Shown in pieces: positions 9,891-20,416 of a stretch of 64,000 nt of DNA. The DNA is from Candidatus Cloacimonadales bacterium (lineage in GTDB: Bacteria > Cloacimonadota > Cloacimonadia > Cloacimonadales > JAFGVF01), in NCBI GenBank assembly GCA_963678315.1, contig OY782781.1:736001-800000 (forward strand), in the 5' to 3' direction. The position numbers and the translations under genes are program-made. Positions within the stretch are counted from its first letter, which is position 1, and every line of letters starts with the position of its first letter. The notes beneath the pieces were generated by a model. The model was given only the letters and a program-made list of their open reading frames with translations, had not been told where the DNA came from and did not search any database.

Positions 9891-11309
9891 ATGCAAACTG
9901 TTGTAATTCAAGGATTAGGATTTGTTGGTTTAGCGATGGCTACTGTTGTAGCAAACGTTGTGGATAAACAAGGTAAACCTTTATATAATGTGGTTGGTGT
10001 TGATTTACCAATGAATCAAGATAGAATTGATCTCATTAATAAAGGAATCTTGCCTTTTAAGAATGAAGATGAAACTTTTCCTGTTCAACTTGAAAAAGCA
10101 GTTCACCAATATAAAAACCTTCTAGCATCTACTGATGAAGAATGGTATAAAAAAGCTGATATAGTAGTTGTTGATATACAATTAGATATTAAAAAGCGTG
10201 AAGTTGGTAATGCTAGAGATTGTTATCTTGAAAAAGATGCTTTTATTGCAGCAATTCATACTCTAGGTAGACATATCAAGCCTGAATGTCTTGTTTTAGT
10301 TGAAACTACAGTCGCTCCTGGTTTTAGTCAGCATGTGGTTAAGCCTGCCTTAGATAAAGAATTTATGGAAAGAGGAATTGATGTAGTTACAAATCCTCCA
10401 AGAATTGCTCACTCTTATGAACGTGTGATGCCAGGAAAAGAATATCTCGCTTCAATCAGATCTTACCCAAGAACTTTCTCCGGTTATGACAAACTTTCAG
10501 CTGGAATGGCTCGTGAGTTCTTAGAAAATGTCTTAGAAGTAGATAAATACCCATTAAGAGAAGAAAATAATACAGAAACTTCTGAACTTGCTAAAGTGAT
10601 GGAGAATTCTTATCGTGCTGTAAATATAGCACTGGTAAATGAATGGACTCTTCTTGCGGAAAAGATGGAAGTTAATATATTTGATGTAATTGAAGGAATT
10701 AAAGTTAGACCAACCCATAAAAATATCTTATACCCTGGTTTAGGTGTTGGTGGATATTGCTTAACAAAAGACACACTTTTAGCTTACTGGTCTGGACAAA
10801 ACTTCTACGATGAAAACCTAGATTTACCTATGACTATCAAAGGTATCAACATAAACGACACAATGCCATGGCATACTTATGATCTAATCAAAGCCAATCT
10901 TCACAAAGATAACTTCAAGACTATTTTACTTGGTGTTTCTTACCGCGAAGACGTAGGTGATACACGCTATGCTCCAGCTGAAAAGCTCTACAGAAAACTT
11001 GCAAACGATGGTTTATCTGTAGATGTTCATGACCCTTATGTAGATGAATGGCCAGAATTACCTCAAGCTAAGTTTATCGAATTAATAGAAAATTTACAAG
11101 ACTATGATTGCCTAGTCTTAGGTGTGAAACACAACTGCTACTTGAATTTATCAGCTCAAGATATCATCAATGCAACTAAGGAAGATACTTTAATTGTTGA
11201 TGCTAATAATATCCTAGATGATGAGAAAATCTTGGAAATCCTTAAGAGTGGAAGAGATGTGATAGGTGTTGGGAAAGGCCATATCGCTAGGATGAAGAGA
11301 GAGATTTAA
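9891..11309 (+). CDS. Nucleotide-sugar dehydrogenase (UDP-glucose/GDP-mannose dehydrogenase family)
   Basis: GLGFVG, ETTV, ERVMPG, ELAKVMENSYRAVNIA, PGLGVGGYCL; ATG 9891 after AGGAG. Confidence 0.88.
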   Translation: MQTVVIQGLGFVGLAMATVVANVVDKQGKPLYNVVGVDLPMNQDRIDLINKGILPFKNEDETFPVQLEKAVHQYKNLLASTDEEWYKKADIVVVDIQLDIKKREVGNARDCYLEKDAFIAAIHTLGRHIKPECLVLVETTVAPGFSQHVVKPALDKEFMERGIDVVTNPPRIAHSYERVMPGKEYLASIRSYPRTFSGYDKLSAGMAREFLENVLEVDKYPLREENNTETSELAKVMENSYRAVNIALVNEWTLLAEKMEVNIFDVIEGIKVRPTHKNILYPGLGVGGYCLTKDTLLAYWSGQNFYDENLDLPMTIKGININDTMPWHTYDLIKANLHKDNFKTILLGVSYREDVGDTRYAPAEKLYRKLANDGLSVDVHDPYVDEWPELPQAKFIELIENLQDYDCLVLGVKHNCYLNLSAQDIINATKEDTLIVDANNILDDEKILEILKSGRDVIGVGKGHIARMKREI

Positions 11310-11864
11310 CCACTAAGACACAAAGTCTCTAAGAATTTATCCACTAATACACACTAATTGACACTAATGAAGAAAGATCTAATATATAATTTTACCACAA
11401 AGACTCGAAGGCACTAAGTTAATTTATATTTATGAGAATTATAGATATTGATGAATTAAATATTTTAAGTAAGAAGGTTGTTGATGCAATATTTAAGGTT
11501 CATAGGGAACTAGGACCTGGATTACTTGAAAATATCTATGAAAAGTGTTTATGTATTGAGTTGGCTTCTAAAAATTTAAAATACAGTAATCAAGTTGCTC
11601 TACCAGTTTTTTATAAAGGCAAAGATATTGGTTTGGATTATAGACTTGATATCTTAGTTGAAGATTCAATTATTATTGAACTTAAATCTGTTGAGAAAAT
11701 GAATCCTGTTTATAAAGCTCAGTTGTTAACATATTTGAAACTATCTAACAATAAACTAGGTTTTTTGGTAAATTTTAATGTACCTTTAATAAAAGATGGT
11801 ATTAAAAGAATTATTAACTAACTTAGTGGCTTAGAGTCTTTGTGGTGAAAAATAATTTAGTGGT
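11309..11864. mobile_element. GxxExxY cassette 2 bounded by inverted repeats
   Basis: 27-bp inverted pair 11394-11420 / 11820-11846 (25/27) plus outer ACCACTAA/TTAGTGGT at 11309 / 11857. Confidence 0.6.
11432..11821 (+). CDS. GxxExxY protein (PD-(D/E)XK nuclease-like)
   Basis: GLLENIY motif; YRLDILVE..IIELK; QLLTYLKL. Confidence 0.92.
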   Translation: MRIIDIDELNILSKKVVDAIFKVHRELGPGLLENIYEKCLCIELASKNLKYSNQVALPVFYKGKDIGLDYRLDILVEDSIIIELKSVEKMNPVYKAQLLTYLKLSNNKLGFLVNFNVPLIKDGIKRIIN

Positions 11865-11886
11865 CAATCTTTAAAAAGGAGTAAGT

Positions 11887-13323
11887 ATGAAGAATGTTCT
11901 CTTAACAATTCTGGTAATTTTAACCCTACTATTACTATCTTGTGATAGCGATTCTACCTCATCTTCAGAGAAATATACTCTATCAGGGAATGTTAAACTT
12001 CTAGATTTAGATGGAAATGAAGTTTTAGAGGGATTATCGAATGTTTCAATTATGATTTATGATTTAGTTGAGATAGATTCTGGTTTACTTCAAGTTAAAG
12101 CAGACTACCCATTTATTGGTTCAGATGTTAATCAAGAAGTTTTCTTTGACATAAGAGATAAAAGTCCAATTAAAGAAATTAATTGTGACGACAATGGTAA
12201 TTTTACTTCCAAAATAGCTAAAGGCACATATAATATTGTTGTCTATTCAGAAGATTATGGCTACAAAATGTTCTATGATTATAACTTAGATAGTGATAGC
12301 TCAATAAATGATATTAATCTGTATGAAATACAAGAGTTAAGTGGAGCAGTTTCTAATTTTACCTTCCAAGCAGATCATGTTTATCATATTACCGATGATT
12401 TAGTGATACAAGAAAACAGCAATGTTGTTTTACAGGCTGGAGCTTATATTGATGTTGCTGATAATTCTAAAATTTACGTTAATGACGACTTCAATATAAC
12501 TGAAAATAATGGTAAAAATGTTAATTTCAATAGCATTTATTACAAAAATCAAGAGAAAAACCTTTTTAGTGGGATTGAAATTATGTCAGGTGAAAATATT
12601 AATATCTATTCTTTGATTGTTAAAAATGCAAGCAATGCTTTACTTTTTTCTAACCAACTAGCAATAACACAAGTAACTAATTCATCTTTTATCAACAATA
12701 ATCGTGGGATTATTACTCAGAATATCATTTCTGTTAATATTTCTGAATGTAATATTTTTAATAATACAAGTATTGGTTGTGAAATTGATTCTCAAAACTC
12801 CTTAAATAATAATATTGTTTATAATAATAATGAAGGTGTTAGGGTTGTTGAAGCAATATCTGATTTATCTAACTCTTATTATCTTGATAATTGGATGGGA
12901 ATTAGGTGCGCATTTTATGAAGAGGTGAATATACATAATAATGAGTTTGATAAGAATGAATTTGGAATATCAATGAGTGGTTCAAACCCAGCAATAAATT
13001 TTAATAACTTTAAGGATGATTTTATAAATATTGAATTATGTGCCCGTTATACTCAAGCTTCATATGATTATTGCTTACCAAATATTGAAAACAATAATAT
13101 TCTTTCAGTATCATGGCAAATTGGGATAAAAGGATTCAACGATTTATTTGCACAAAACAATCAAGCTTGGGCTGTCAATACAGATTTTTACTGTGGAAAA
13201 AATTTTTTTGGAAAAACTAAGAATTTTCTGGATAATAAAATATATATGTTCAATGAAGGTTTTTATGTAGTTATTGATAATGAATTCGACACATTTTTAA
13301 ACACATGCGGAATTTTTAAATAG
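11887..13323 (+). CDS. Lipoprotein with a probable right-handed parallel beta-helix (NosD-like) region
   Basis: Lipobox LLSC; Asn-rich repeats (NNNRGI, NNTSIG, NNNEGV, DNWMGI, KNEFGI). Confidence 0.7.
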   Translation: MKNVLLTILVILTLLLLSCDSDSTSSSEKYTLSGNVKLLDLDGNEVLEGLSNVSIMIYDLVEIDSGLLQVKADYPFIGSDVNQEVFFDIRDKSPIKEINCDDNGNFTSKIAKGTYNIVVYSEDYGYKMFYDYNLDSDSSINDINLYEIQELSGAVSNFTFQADHVYHITDDLVIQENSNVVLQAGAYIDVADNSKIYVNDDFNITENNGKNVNFNSIYYKNQEKNLFSGIEIMSGENINIYSLIVKNASNALLFSNQLAITQVTNSSFINNNRGIITQNIISVNISECNIFNNTSIGCEIDSQNSLNNNIVYNNNEGVRVVEAISDLSNSYYLDNWMGIRCAFYEEVNIHNNEFDKNEFGISMSGSNPAINFNNFKDDFINIELCARYTQASYDYCLPNIENNNILSVSWQIGIKGFNDLFAQNNQAWAVNTDFYCGKNFFGKTKNFLDNKIYMFNEGFYVVIDNEFDTFLNTCGIFK

Positions 13324-13332
13324 AAGGAAAAA

Positions 13333-13803
13333 ATGGATATCCAATATTATATATGTGAAAAGAATATTGATAAAAATGAACTAGAAGAATTCTTTTTTAG
13401 AATAAATTCTGAATTTACCCCTTATTTAGAAAAAAATTTAAATATATGTGAATATGCTGAAAAATTATCCAAAAATGCAATTATTTTTATAACTAAAGTT
13501 AATAATATAATTGTCGGTATGGCAGCTATATATTATAATACTGTCCCAGATTACTCTTTCGGAACATTTATGGGGGTCCTTAAAGAATATAGAAAATATG
13601 GAATAGCTCTTCAATTAGAAGAAAATTACATAGAATATTTTAAAAAATTAAATACACCTGGAATTAAATCTGTTGTAAACTGTAATAACAAAAACGCATT
13701 AAAACTACATAAATATTTTGGATTTGAGATTTTAAATAAATTTTATGATGAAATAATGAATATTGAAAAATATGAATTAATTTTGAAATTTAATAAAAAA
13801 TAA
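13333..13803 (+). CDS. GNAT family N-acetyltransferase
   Basis: VLKEYRKYGIA motif A; N..ALKLHKYFGF motif B. Confidence 0.8.
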   Translation: MDIQYYICEKNIDKNELEEFFFRINSEFTPYLEKNLNICEYAEKLSKNAIIFITKVNNIIVGMAAIYYNTVPDYSFGTFMGVLKEYRKYGIALQLEENYIEYFKKLNTPGIKSVVNCNNKNALKLHKYFGFEILNKFYDEIMNIEKYELILKFNKK

Positions 13804-13814
13804 GGAATTTATAT

Positions 13815-14030
13815 ATGAAAAAATTTGTTGAATTATTTAAAGAAGTTATGGAAATAGAAAATGTTGACGTTAATGGTAAAACAATATTCAGAGAATTAGA
13901 AGATTGGGATTCTTTAGCAGTTTTATCTGTCTTAGCAATGATAAATGATGAGTATGATATAACAATAGCAAGAGAAAAGTTTGAAAAAGCAAATACTCTT
14001 GAAGAGTTGTTTGCTCTTATTTCGGAGTAA
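13815..14030 (+). CDS. Acyl carrier protein
   Basis: 71 aa, acidic, WDSLA phosphopantetheine site. Confidence 0.88.
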   Translation: MKKFVELFKEVMEIENVDVNGKTIFRELEDWDSLAVLSVLAMINDEYDITIAREKFEKANTLEELFALISE

Positions 14031-14032
14031 AA

Positions 14033-15019
14033 GTGTTTGGATCTACTGTTGTAAAAATTGAATATTACTTGCCAGAAAAGATTTTAAGCAATGACAATTT
14101 GATGCAAGAGTTTCCTGAATGGGATGCTTCAAAAATTGAAAAGAAAGTTGGAATAAAAAATAGGCATGTGACTACAGCTAAAGAATCAGCTCTAGATATG
14201 GCAATTAAGGTTTCATCTAAGGTCCTTGAAAACTTTGATTCCAACAAAATTGATTTTATTCTTTTTTGCACTCAAAGTCCAGAATATTTTTTACCTTCTG
14301 GTGCATGCTTAATTCAAGATAAATTAGGTTTAAGAAAAAATATTGGTGCTTTAGATTTTAATTTAGGTTGTTCAGGCTTTGTATATGGTTTAACATTAGC
14401 TGACAGTTTGATTAAGTCAGGCGCAGCAAGTAATGTCTTACTAATTAACTCTGAGACTTATTCAAAACATATTCATCCTCAAGATAAGAGTAATCGTGCT
14501 ATTTTTGGAGATGGAGCAGCTGCAACTATTATTAGCACATCAAATATTCCCAAAATAGGAAAATTTGTTTTAGGAACTGATGGCTCTGGATTTAATAAAT
14601 TAATTGTGAGAGATGGAGCGTTTAGAGATGTTAACCATCAACGTGAATATGAAGTATCTAATTATAATGGTAAGTATATTTATATGAACGGTCCTGATAT
14701 ATTTAATTTTACAATGGATGTTGTTCCTAAAGTAGTTTCTGATTGCTTAGATAGTAATAACACAGAAATAGATAAAATTGACTTCTTTATATTCCATCAG
14801 GCTAATAAATACATTTTAGATTTTCTCAGAAAAAAAATAAAGATACCTAAAGAAAAATTCTATGTTAATATGGAAGAAACCGGAAATACTGTATCTGCAA
14901 CCATTCCTATTGCACTAAGGCAGTGCTTGGATAACAAATTAGTTAAGGCTGGAGACAAAGTAATGCTGGTTGGATTTGGTGTAGGATTGTCTTGGGCAAG
15001 CTGTATAATTGAGGTGTAA
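14033..15019 (+). CDS. Ketoacyl-ACP synthase III (FabH-like)
   Basis: DFNLGCSGF, FGDGAAA, FHQAN, GNTVSATIP, GFGVGLSW. Confidence 0.9.
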   Translation: MFGSTVVKIEYYLPEKILSNDNLMQEFPEWDASKIEKKVGIKNRHVTTAKESALDMAIKVSSKVLENFDSNKIDFILFCTQSPEYFLPSGACLIQDKLGLRKNIGALDFNLGCSGFVYGLTLADSLIKSGAASNVLLINSETYSKHIHPQDKSNRAIFGDGAAATIISTSNIPKIGKFVLGTDGSGFNKLIVRDGAFRDVNHQREYEVSNYNGKYIYMNGPDIFNFTMDVVPKVVSDCLDSNNTEIDKIDFFIFHQANKYILDFLRKKIKIPKEKFYVNMEETGNTVSATIPIALRQCLDNKLVKAGDKVMLVGFGVGLSWASCIIEV

Positions 15020-16030
15020 ATGGCTCTAGTTAAATACAATAATGTTAAAATATCAGCAATCTCATGTTGTGTTCCTAAAAATAAACTTGATAACTTAAAT
15101 TTGGAAGAATATGGGTCAGTTGATGAGAGAAAGAAATATATTAATACAACCAATGTTAGGTTTAGAAGAATTGCAGATGAAAAGACTACATCTTCTGACT
15201 TATGTTATCAAGCAGCAAGTCAACTATTACAAGATAATGATATTGAACCAAATGATATCGATGTCTTAATTTTTGTAACACAAACTCCTGATTACTTTTT
15301 ACCTGCTACTTCCATAGTTTTACAGCATCAATTGGGATTGCCAATGTCTACGGTTGCTTTTGATGTTAATCTCGGATGTAGTGGTTATGTGAATGGATTG
15401 AATATTGCATTTTCTTTTTTACAGAATAATGCGTTTAAAAAAGTATTATTGTTGTGTGGTGACACTATCAGTAAAATTACTGACTTAACAGATAAAACAA
15501 CTGGTTATTTATTTGGGGATGCAGGTTCAGCAACTTTGATAGAAAGTTCTGAAAAAACTATGTCTGAGGTATATTTTTCTTTGAACAGTGATGGTTCAGA
15601 TAGTAGTTTACTGAAGACCGAGAATGGAGCGTTCCGAAATTTGGATAAAAAACCAAGTTTATATATGGATGGCATGGGGATTTTCAATTTTACGATTTCT
15701 AAAATCCCTAAAGATGTGAAAAAACTCTTTGATTTTTCAAATACTGAAATTGGTGCAATTGATTACGTATATTATCATCAAGCAAATAAGTTTATTAATG
15801 ATTTTATATCAAAAAAACTCAAATTGTCTTCTTCACAGACTCCCTTTTCAATGTATGAGTATGGTAACACTAGTTCAGCATCAATACCTTTAACCATATC
15901 AAATCATTTCACAAATAGAATTGATGAAAAGATAAAAGTAATTTTATCTGGATTTGGAGTTGGATTATCATGGGGACATTGTATATTGGATTTAGAAAAT
16001 GTAAATATTTCTAAAATAAAGGAGATATGA
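15020..16030 (+). CDS. Second ketoacyl-ACP synthase III (FabH-like)
   Basis: DVNLGCSGY, FGDAGSA, HQAN, GNTSSASIP, GFGVGLSW. Confidence 0.9.
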   Translation: MALVKYNNVKISAISCCVPKNKLDNLNLEEYGSVDERKKYINTTNVRFRRIADEKTTSSDLCYQAASQLLQDNDIEPNDIDVLIFVTQTPDYFLPATSIVLQHQLGLPMSTVAFDVNLGCSGYVNGLNIAFSFLQNNAFKKVLLLCGDTISKITDLTDKTTGYLFGDAGSATLIESSEKTMSEVYFSLNSDGSDSSLLKTENGAFRNLDKKPSLYMDGMGIFNFTISKIPKDVKKLFDFSNTEIGAIDYVYYHQANKFINDFISKKLKLSSSQTPFSMYEYGNTSSASIPLTISNHFTNRIDEKIKVILSGFGVGLSWGHCILDLENVNISKIKEI

Positions 16031-16791
16031 AAGTGATAGATCCATTTAGTTTAAAAGATAAACTTATATTGATAACAGGGGCATCTTCGGGTATTGGAAG
16101 ACAATGTGCAATCTCATGTTCTGAAATGGGTGCGAAATTAGTATTGGTTGCAAGAAATGAAAAGAAACTAAAAGAAGTTTTGTCTGAACTCTATGGTGAA
16201 GGTCACATCTATTTCTCTCAAGATATTACAGATTATTCAGAAATTAAGAAGATAGTTGAAAAAACTGTAGAAAAACTTGGTAAGTTGGACGGTTTTATTC
16301 ATTCTGCTGGTATTGAAATAACAAAACCATTAAAAGTAATGAAACCAGAAGATTATGAGATGATTTATTCAGTAAATGTAATATCAGGTTTTGAGTTTGC
16401 AAAACATGTCTCTAAGAAGAAAAACAGTAACGATTTGGCTAGCTTCATCTATATCTCTTCAGTAATGTCTGTAACGGGCAATTCAGGATTAACTGCCTAT
16501 TGTTCTTCAAAAGGAGCATTAGTTGCTGGGGTTAGGGCTTTAGCGATTGAGTATGCAAATAGAAAAATTAGATTCAATTGTATTTCTCCAGGTTATATTA
16601 AGACCGAAATGATGGATAATATAAAACAAAAGCTGAGTGGATCTGAGATAAATAAATTACAAGGGTACTTTCCTTTAGGTTTAGGCGATCCTAGGGATAT
16701 CGCTAACTCCTGTATATATCTTTTATCTGGTGCCTCAAAGTGGGTTACAGGCACCAATTTAATAGTAGATGGGGGTTATAGTGCAAAATAA
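16027..16791 (+). CDS. SDR oxidoreductase (FabG-like)
   Basis: TGASSGIG, YCSSK, NCISPG, VDGG. Confidence 0.88.
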   Translation: MKVIDPFSLKDKLILITGASSGIGRQCAISCSEMGAKLVLVARNEKKLKEVLSELYGEGHIYFSQDITDYSEIKKIVEKTVEKLGKLDGFIHSAGIEITKPLKVMKPEDYEMIYSVNVISGFEFAKHVSKKKNSNDLASFIYISSVMSVTGNSGLTAYCSSKGALVAGVRALAIEYANRKIRFNCISPGYIKTEMMDNIKQKLSGSEINKLQGYFPLGLGDPRDIANSCIYLLSGASKWVTGTNLIVDGGYSAK

Positions 16792-16824
16792 GTTAATCAC
16801 TTTTTTTAAAATAAACGTGATAGA

Positions 16825-18171
16825 TTGCCGGGTTTTATGATTGGAGGAATAACAAGTGTAAAGAGACTATTTAAAGATAATTATTTGCGACTAGTAAATT
16901 TTTCTTTTTATTTATTAGCAACAATTGTAAATACCGTACTTATGTTGATAATTAATCCTTTTATTGCTAAAAATCTATCACATAGTGATTACGCAATCAT
17001 AGGTTATCATGGGGCCTTCCAGATTATTCTTTTACCACTAGTTAATTTTTCGTTAACTAGTTACTATTTAAGAAATTATTTCTTAACACCCAAAGATAAG
17101 TTGTTAGAATTGAGAGATACTATCAACAAAATGATTTTGTATTTCGGCGGGTTTTCTTTGATAATTTGTACTATTGGATTTTATATATATTTTAAAGTTA
17201 AAAATGTGCAAATACCTTTTTTCCCATTTTTTTTGTTTTCAATAATAACTGTATATATAAATAACTTTATAACAATGAAACAAATTGATTTCAGATTAAA
17301 TAAACAAGCAAAAAAATATTTTATTCTAACTATATTATTAAGGATTACAATAATAATTTCTACTGTCTTTCTTGTAATAGTTATTCCTTTAGGTGCTTTG
17401 GGAAGAATGTTAGCAACATTAGTTGGTACTGTAGTGTTTGGTTTGTTTTGCTATAAAACTATGAATTCAGGGATGAAAGTAAACAGAACAATTATTAAAA
17501 GTGCTTTTAGTTTTTGTTGGCCATTGGCATTAGCTTCTATTTTATGGTATTTTTTAAGCGGTGTAGACATCTTACTTCTTGAGAAATTAAACGATATTAG
17601 AAATATGGCACTGTATAATATCGCTATTGGCCTGACATCTAAAATTGCAATATTTTATGCTGCATTGGCTCAAACTTTTGAGCCTGATATATATAGAGCA
17701 ATTGCTTCAAAGAAATATATTAGAATGATATTAATAGCTTTAAGCATCATTTTACTTAATATAATTCCTAATGCATTACTTTTCATTTTTGCTAAACCTG
17801 TTGTAAATATATTAACTTACGGTAGGTATATAGAAGCATCAAAATTTATCAGAATTCTAATATTTAAAAACATATCAATGTCTCTATATTATACAGTAAT
17901 TCTAATTATTGTCGGTTTAGGATATACTAAATCTGAGCTTCTTAATAGAATTATAGGAGCAGTATTGTGTTATGTTATGTTCGATAAAATGATAAAGAAC
18001 TATGGCTATATAGGTGCTGCTTGGGGGCAAACTTTTTCATTTTTAATATTAACTACAATAGGAATATTGTTTATACTTGTGCAAAGAAAAAAGATGTTTG
18101 AGATATCAGAAAAAAACTTATACAACAAAGGAAAAAAAGATGGGTTTTCGATTACTAACTCCAAAAGATAG
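16825..18171 (+). CDS. wzx: Oligosaccharide flippase (Wzx family); start may be ATG 16837
   Basis: Many hydrophobic segments, MOP-like pattern (YGYIGAAW), location in the polysaccharide locus. Confidence 0.78.
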   Translation: MPGFMIGGITSVKRLFKDNYLRLVNFSFYLLATIVNTVLMLIINPFIAKNLSHSDYAIIGYHGAFQIILLPLVNFSLTSYYLRNYFLTPKDKLLELRDTINKMILYFGGFSLIICTIGFYIYFKVKNVQIPFFPFFLFSIITVYINNFITMKQIDFRLNKQAKKYFILTILLRITIIISTVFLVIVIPLGALGRMLATLVGTVVFGLFCYKTMNSGMKVNRTIIKSAFSFCWPLALASILWYFLSGVDILLLEKLNDIRNMALYNIAIGLTSKIAIFYAALAQTFEPDIYRAIASKKYIRMILIALSIILLNIIPNALLFIFAKPVVNILTYGRYIEASKFIRILIFKNISMSLYYTVILIIVGLGYTKSELLNRIIGAVLCYVMFDKMIKNYGYIGAAWGQTFSFLILTTIGILFILVQRKKMFEISEKNLYNKGKKDGFSITNSKR

Positions 18172-19198
18172 TAATACGTGGAAAGATTTACTAACAGAAT
18201 TAAACTATTTTCAGCAAGATACATACTATTCTCCAGAGTATTATCAGCTTTTTGAAAACAATGGTTTTGGTTTAGCAAAGTGTTTTTATTTTTATAAAGG
18301 AAATCATTTTGTTTTGTACCCATTTTTACTTAATTCTGTGAATAATTTAGGTTATAGTTTAGAACAAAATTATTATGATATTCAAGGTGTTTATGGTTAT
18401 AATGGTATTGTTTCAAATACAACTGAGAATAGCTTTTTATCTGAGTTTTACGATACTTTTGATCAATTCTGTAGCGATGAAAACATTATTGCTGAATTTA
18501 TAAGATACAATCCTATATTAAAAAATCATGAACTTGAACAAAGATTTGAGCCTATATATATACTCGATAATGTTATGATAGATGTCTCGAATAATATTGA
18601 TGAAATCTGGAAAAATTCTTTTGATAATGGTGTTAGAAAAGCAGTCAAAAAAGGGATTCGGAATAATCTTATTTACGATTCATATACAGGTGAAGAAATA
18701 TCAGATGATTATCTTCATGAGTTTTTGAAAATTTATTATTCAACAATGCATAGAAATAAAGCAAAGAACTTCTATTATTTCACAAAGCAATTTTTTTACA
18801 ATATGCAATTTCTAATTCCAAAAAATATACATTTTTCTTATGTTAAAAAAGATGAGAAAATTATATCTGTTGAGCTAAATATTGTAAATAAATTGAATTC
18901 TTATGGCTTTTTAGGTGGGACTCTAGCAGAGTATTTTTCAATGTCTCCAAATAGTTTTTTGAGATTTGAGTTAATAAAAGATCTGAAAAAAAGAGGAGTA
19001 AAAAATTATTCAATTGGTGGCGGAATTACAAAAAATGATTCAAAATATAAGTTTAAAAAAAGCTTCTCAAAAAAAATTGATCAACGTTTCTACATAGGTA
19101 AAAAGATTCATAACAACAATATATATTCTCAAGTAGTCACTGAGTGGGAAAAGAATAGTGGACATATAAGCAATAATTTACTGAGATATAGGGACTAG
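18140..19198 (+). CDS. GNAT/FemAB-like acyl- or aminoacyltransferase
   Basis: DIQGVYGYNG, EFIRYNP, GGG...KFKKSF, FYIGKKIH; ATG 18140 after AAAGGA. Confidence 0.78.
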   Translation: MGFRLLTPKDSNTWKDLLTELNYFQQDTYYSPEYYQLFENNGFGLAKCFYFYKGNHFVLYPFLLNSVNNLGYSLEQNYYDIQGVYGYNGIVSNTTENSFLSEFYDTFDQFCSDENIIAEFIRYNPILKNHELEQRFEPIYILDNVMIDVSNNIDEIWKNSFDNGVRKAVKKGIRNNLIYDSYTGEEISDDYLHEFLKIYYSTMHRNKAKNFYYFTKQFFYNMQFLIPKNIHFSYVKKDEKIISVELNIVNKLNSYGFLGGTLAEYFSMSPNSFLRFELIKDLKKRGVKNYSIGGGITKNDSKYKFKKSFSKKIDQRFYIGKKIHNNNIYSQVVTEWEKNSGHISNNLLRYRD

Positions 19199-19201
19199 GT
19201 T

Positions 19202-20416
19202 ATGAAAATATTACTTATATGTCATTTCACAAATCAAGATATTCAAAAAAAAATTAACCCCAAGAAAAAAGTAAATGAATTCGCCCCATGGATATCTTAT
19301 TATATCAATGAATTCAAGAAACATAAAGAACATACATTCTATATCATTTCTCCTCATAGGTGGATTTCGCGGAATATTACTTATAAAGAGGAAAATATTG
19401 TATATCATTTTTATTCTTGTGGTATTCCATTCTATGGTCGACATTGGCCGAGTAAATTTAGATTCGATTATTTGACAAAATATTATTTTAATAAACGTAA
19501 GGTTAAAAAAATAGTTAATAATATTAAACCAGATGTGATTAATCTAATTGGTGCGGAAAATCCTTACTATACATCGACAATACTTCAATTTATTAAACAT
19601 TATCCTATATTGTTGACAATCCAAGGATTTGCATTTAAAACAAAAAAAAAAAAAGTTACTTCAAACTATGTTAATTATTTAATTAGTTTAGAAAATAAAG
19701 TAATTAGATTAGTTGAAAATCAAAGTATCAGAACTCATGATATGGAAAGAACAGTAAAAAAAATTAATCCCAAAGCCAAAGTACACTGGAACGATTTTCC
19801 AACTCCATATGGTAACCTTAAGGTCTCAAGTCCACAAAAGAAATATGATTTCGTTTTTTTTGCAAGAGTTACTCAAGATAAGGGAATTTTTGATTTTCTT
19901 AATGCAATTAGAGCAATAGCAAAGCTAAAAAAAGATGTTACTGCAATAATTGTTGGGCCATGTGGTCTATGTATGCAAAGAATAATTGAAAATTATATAA
20001 AAGATAATGATTTGATAGGAAATATTAAACTAATTGGTTTTCTTGATACTCAGTTAGAGTTGTTTGAGCGAGTGAGCGAGGCAAAGATCTCTGTATTACC
20101 TACGTACAATGATATAATTTCTGCCACAATAATTGAAAGTATGGCGTTAAAAATACCAGTAATAGCTTACCGAACGGGTAGTATTCCTGAAGTTAATAAA
20201 AATAATGAGAACATAATAATATGTGAGCAAGGAAACACAGATATGTTAACAGATAGTATGTACGATTTACTCATTAATGAAGATAAACAGAAAGCATTAT
20301 CAAAATCAGGTTACTTATGGGTATCAAAAACATTTGATAATAACACTAAAATGAATAAGTACTTCTCAGTGTTGGATGATCTAATCAAAGATTTTATGGA
20401 GAAAAAGTATGAATGA
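19202..20416 (+). CDS. Glycosyltransferase family 4
   Basis: FARVTQDKG, IESMALKIPVIA GT-B motifs. Confidence 0.85.
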   Translation: MKILLICHFTNQDIQKKINPKKKVNEFAPWISYYINEFKKHKEHTFYIISPHRWISRNITYKEENIVYHFYSCGIPFYGRHWPSKFRFDYLTKYYFNKRKVKKIVNNIKPDVINLIGAENPYYTSTILQFIKHYPILLTIQGFAFKTKKKKVTSNYVNYLISLENKVIRLVENQSIRTHDMERTVKKINPKAKVHWNDFPTPYGNLKVSSPQKKYDFVFFARVTQDKGIFDFLNAIRAIAKLKKDVTAIIVGPCGLCMQRIIENYIKDNDLIGNIKLIGFLDTQLELFERVSEAKISVLPTYNDIISATIIESMALKIPVIAYRTGSIPEVNKNNENIIICEQGNTDMLTDSMYDLLINEDKQKALSKSGYLWVSKTFDNNTKMNKYFSVLDDLIKDFMEKKYE

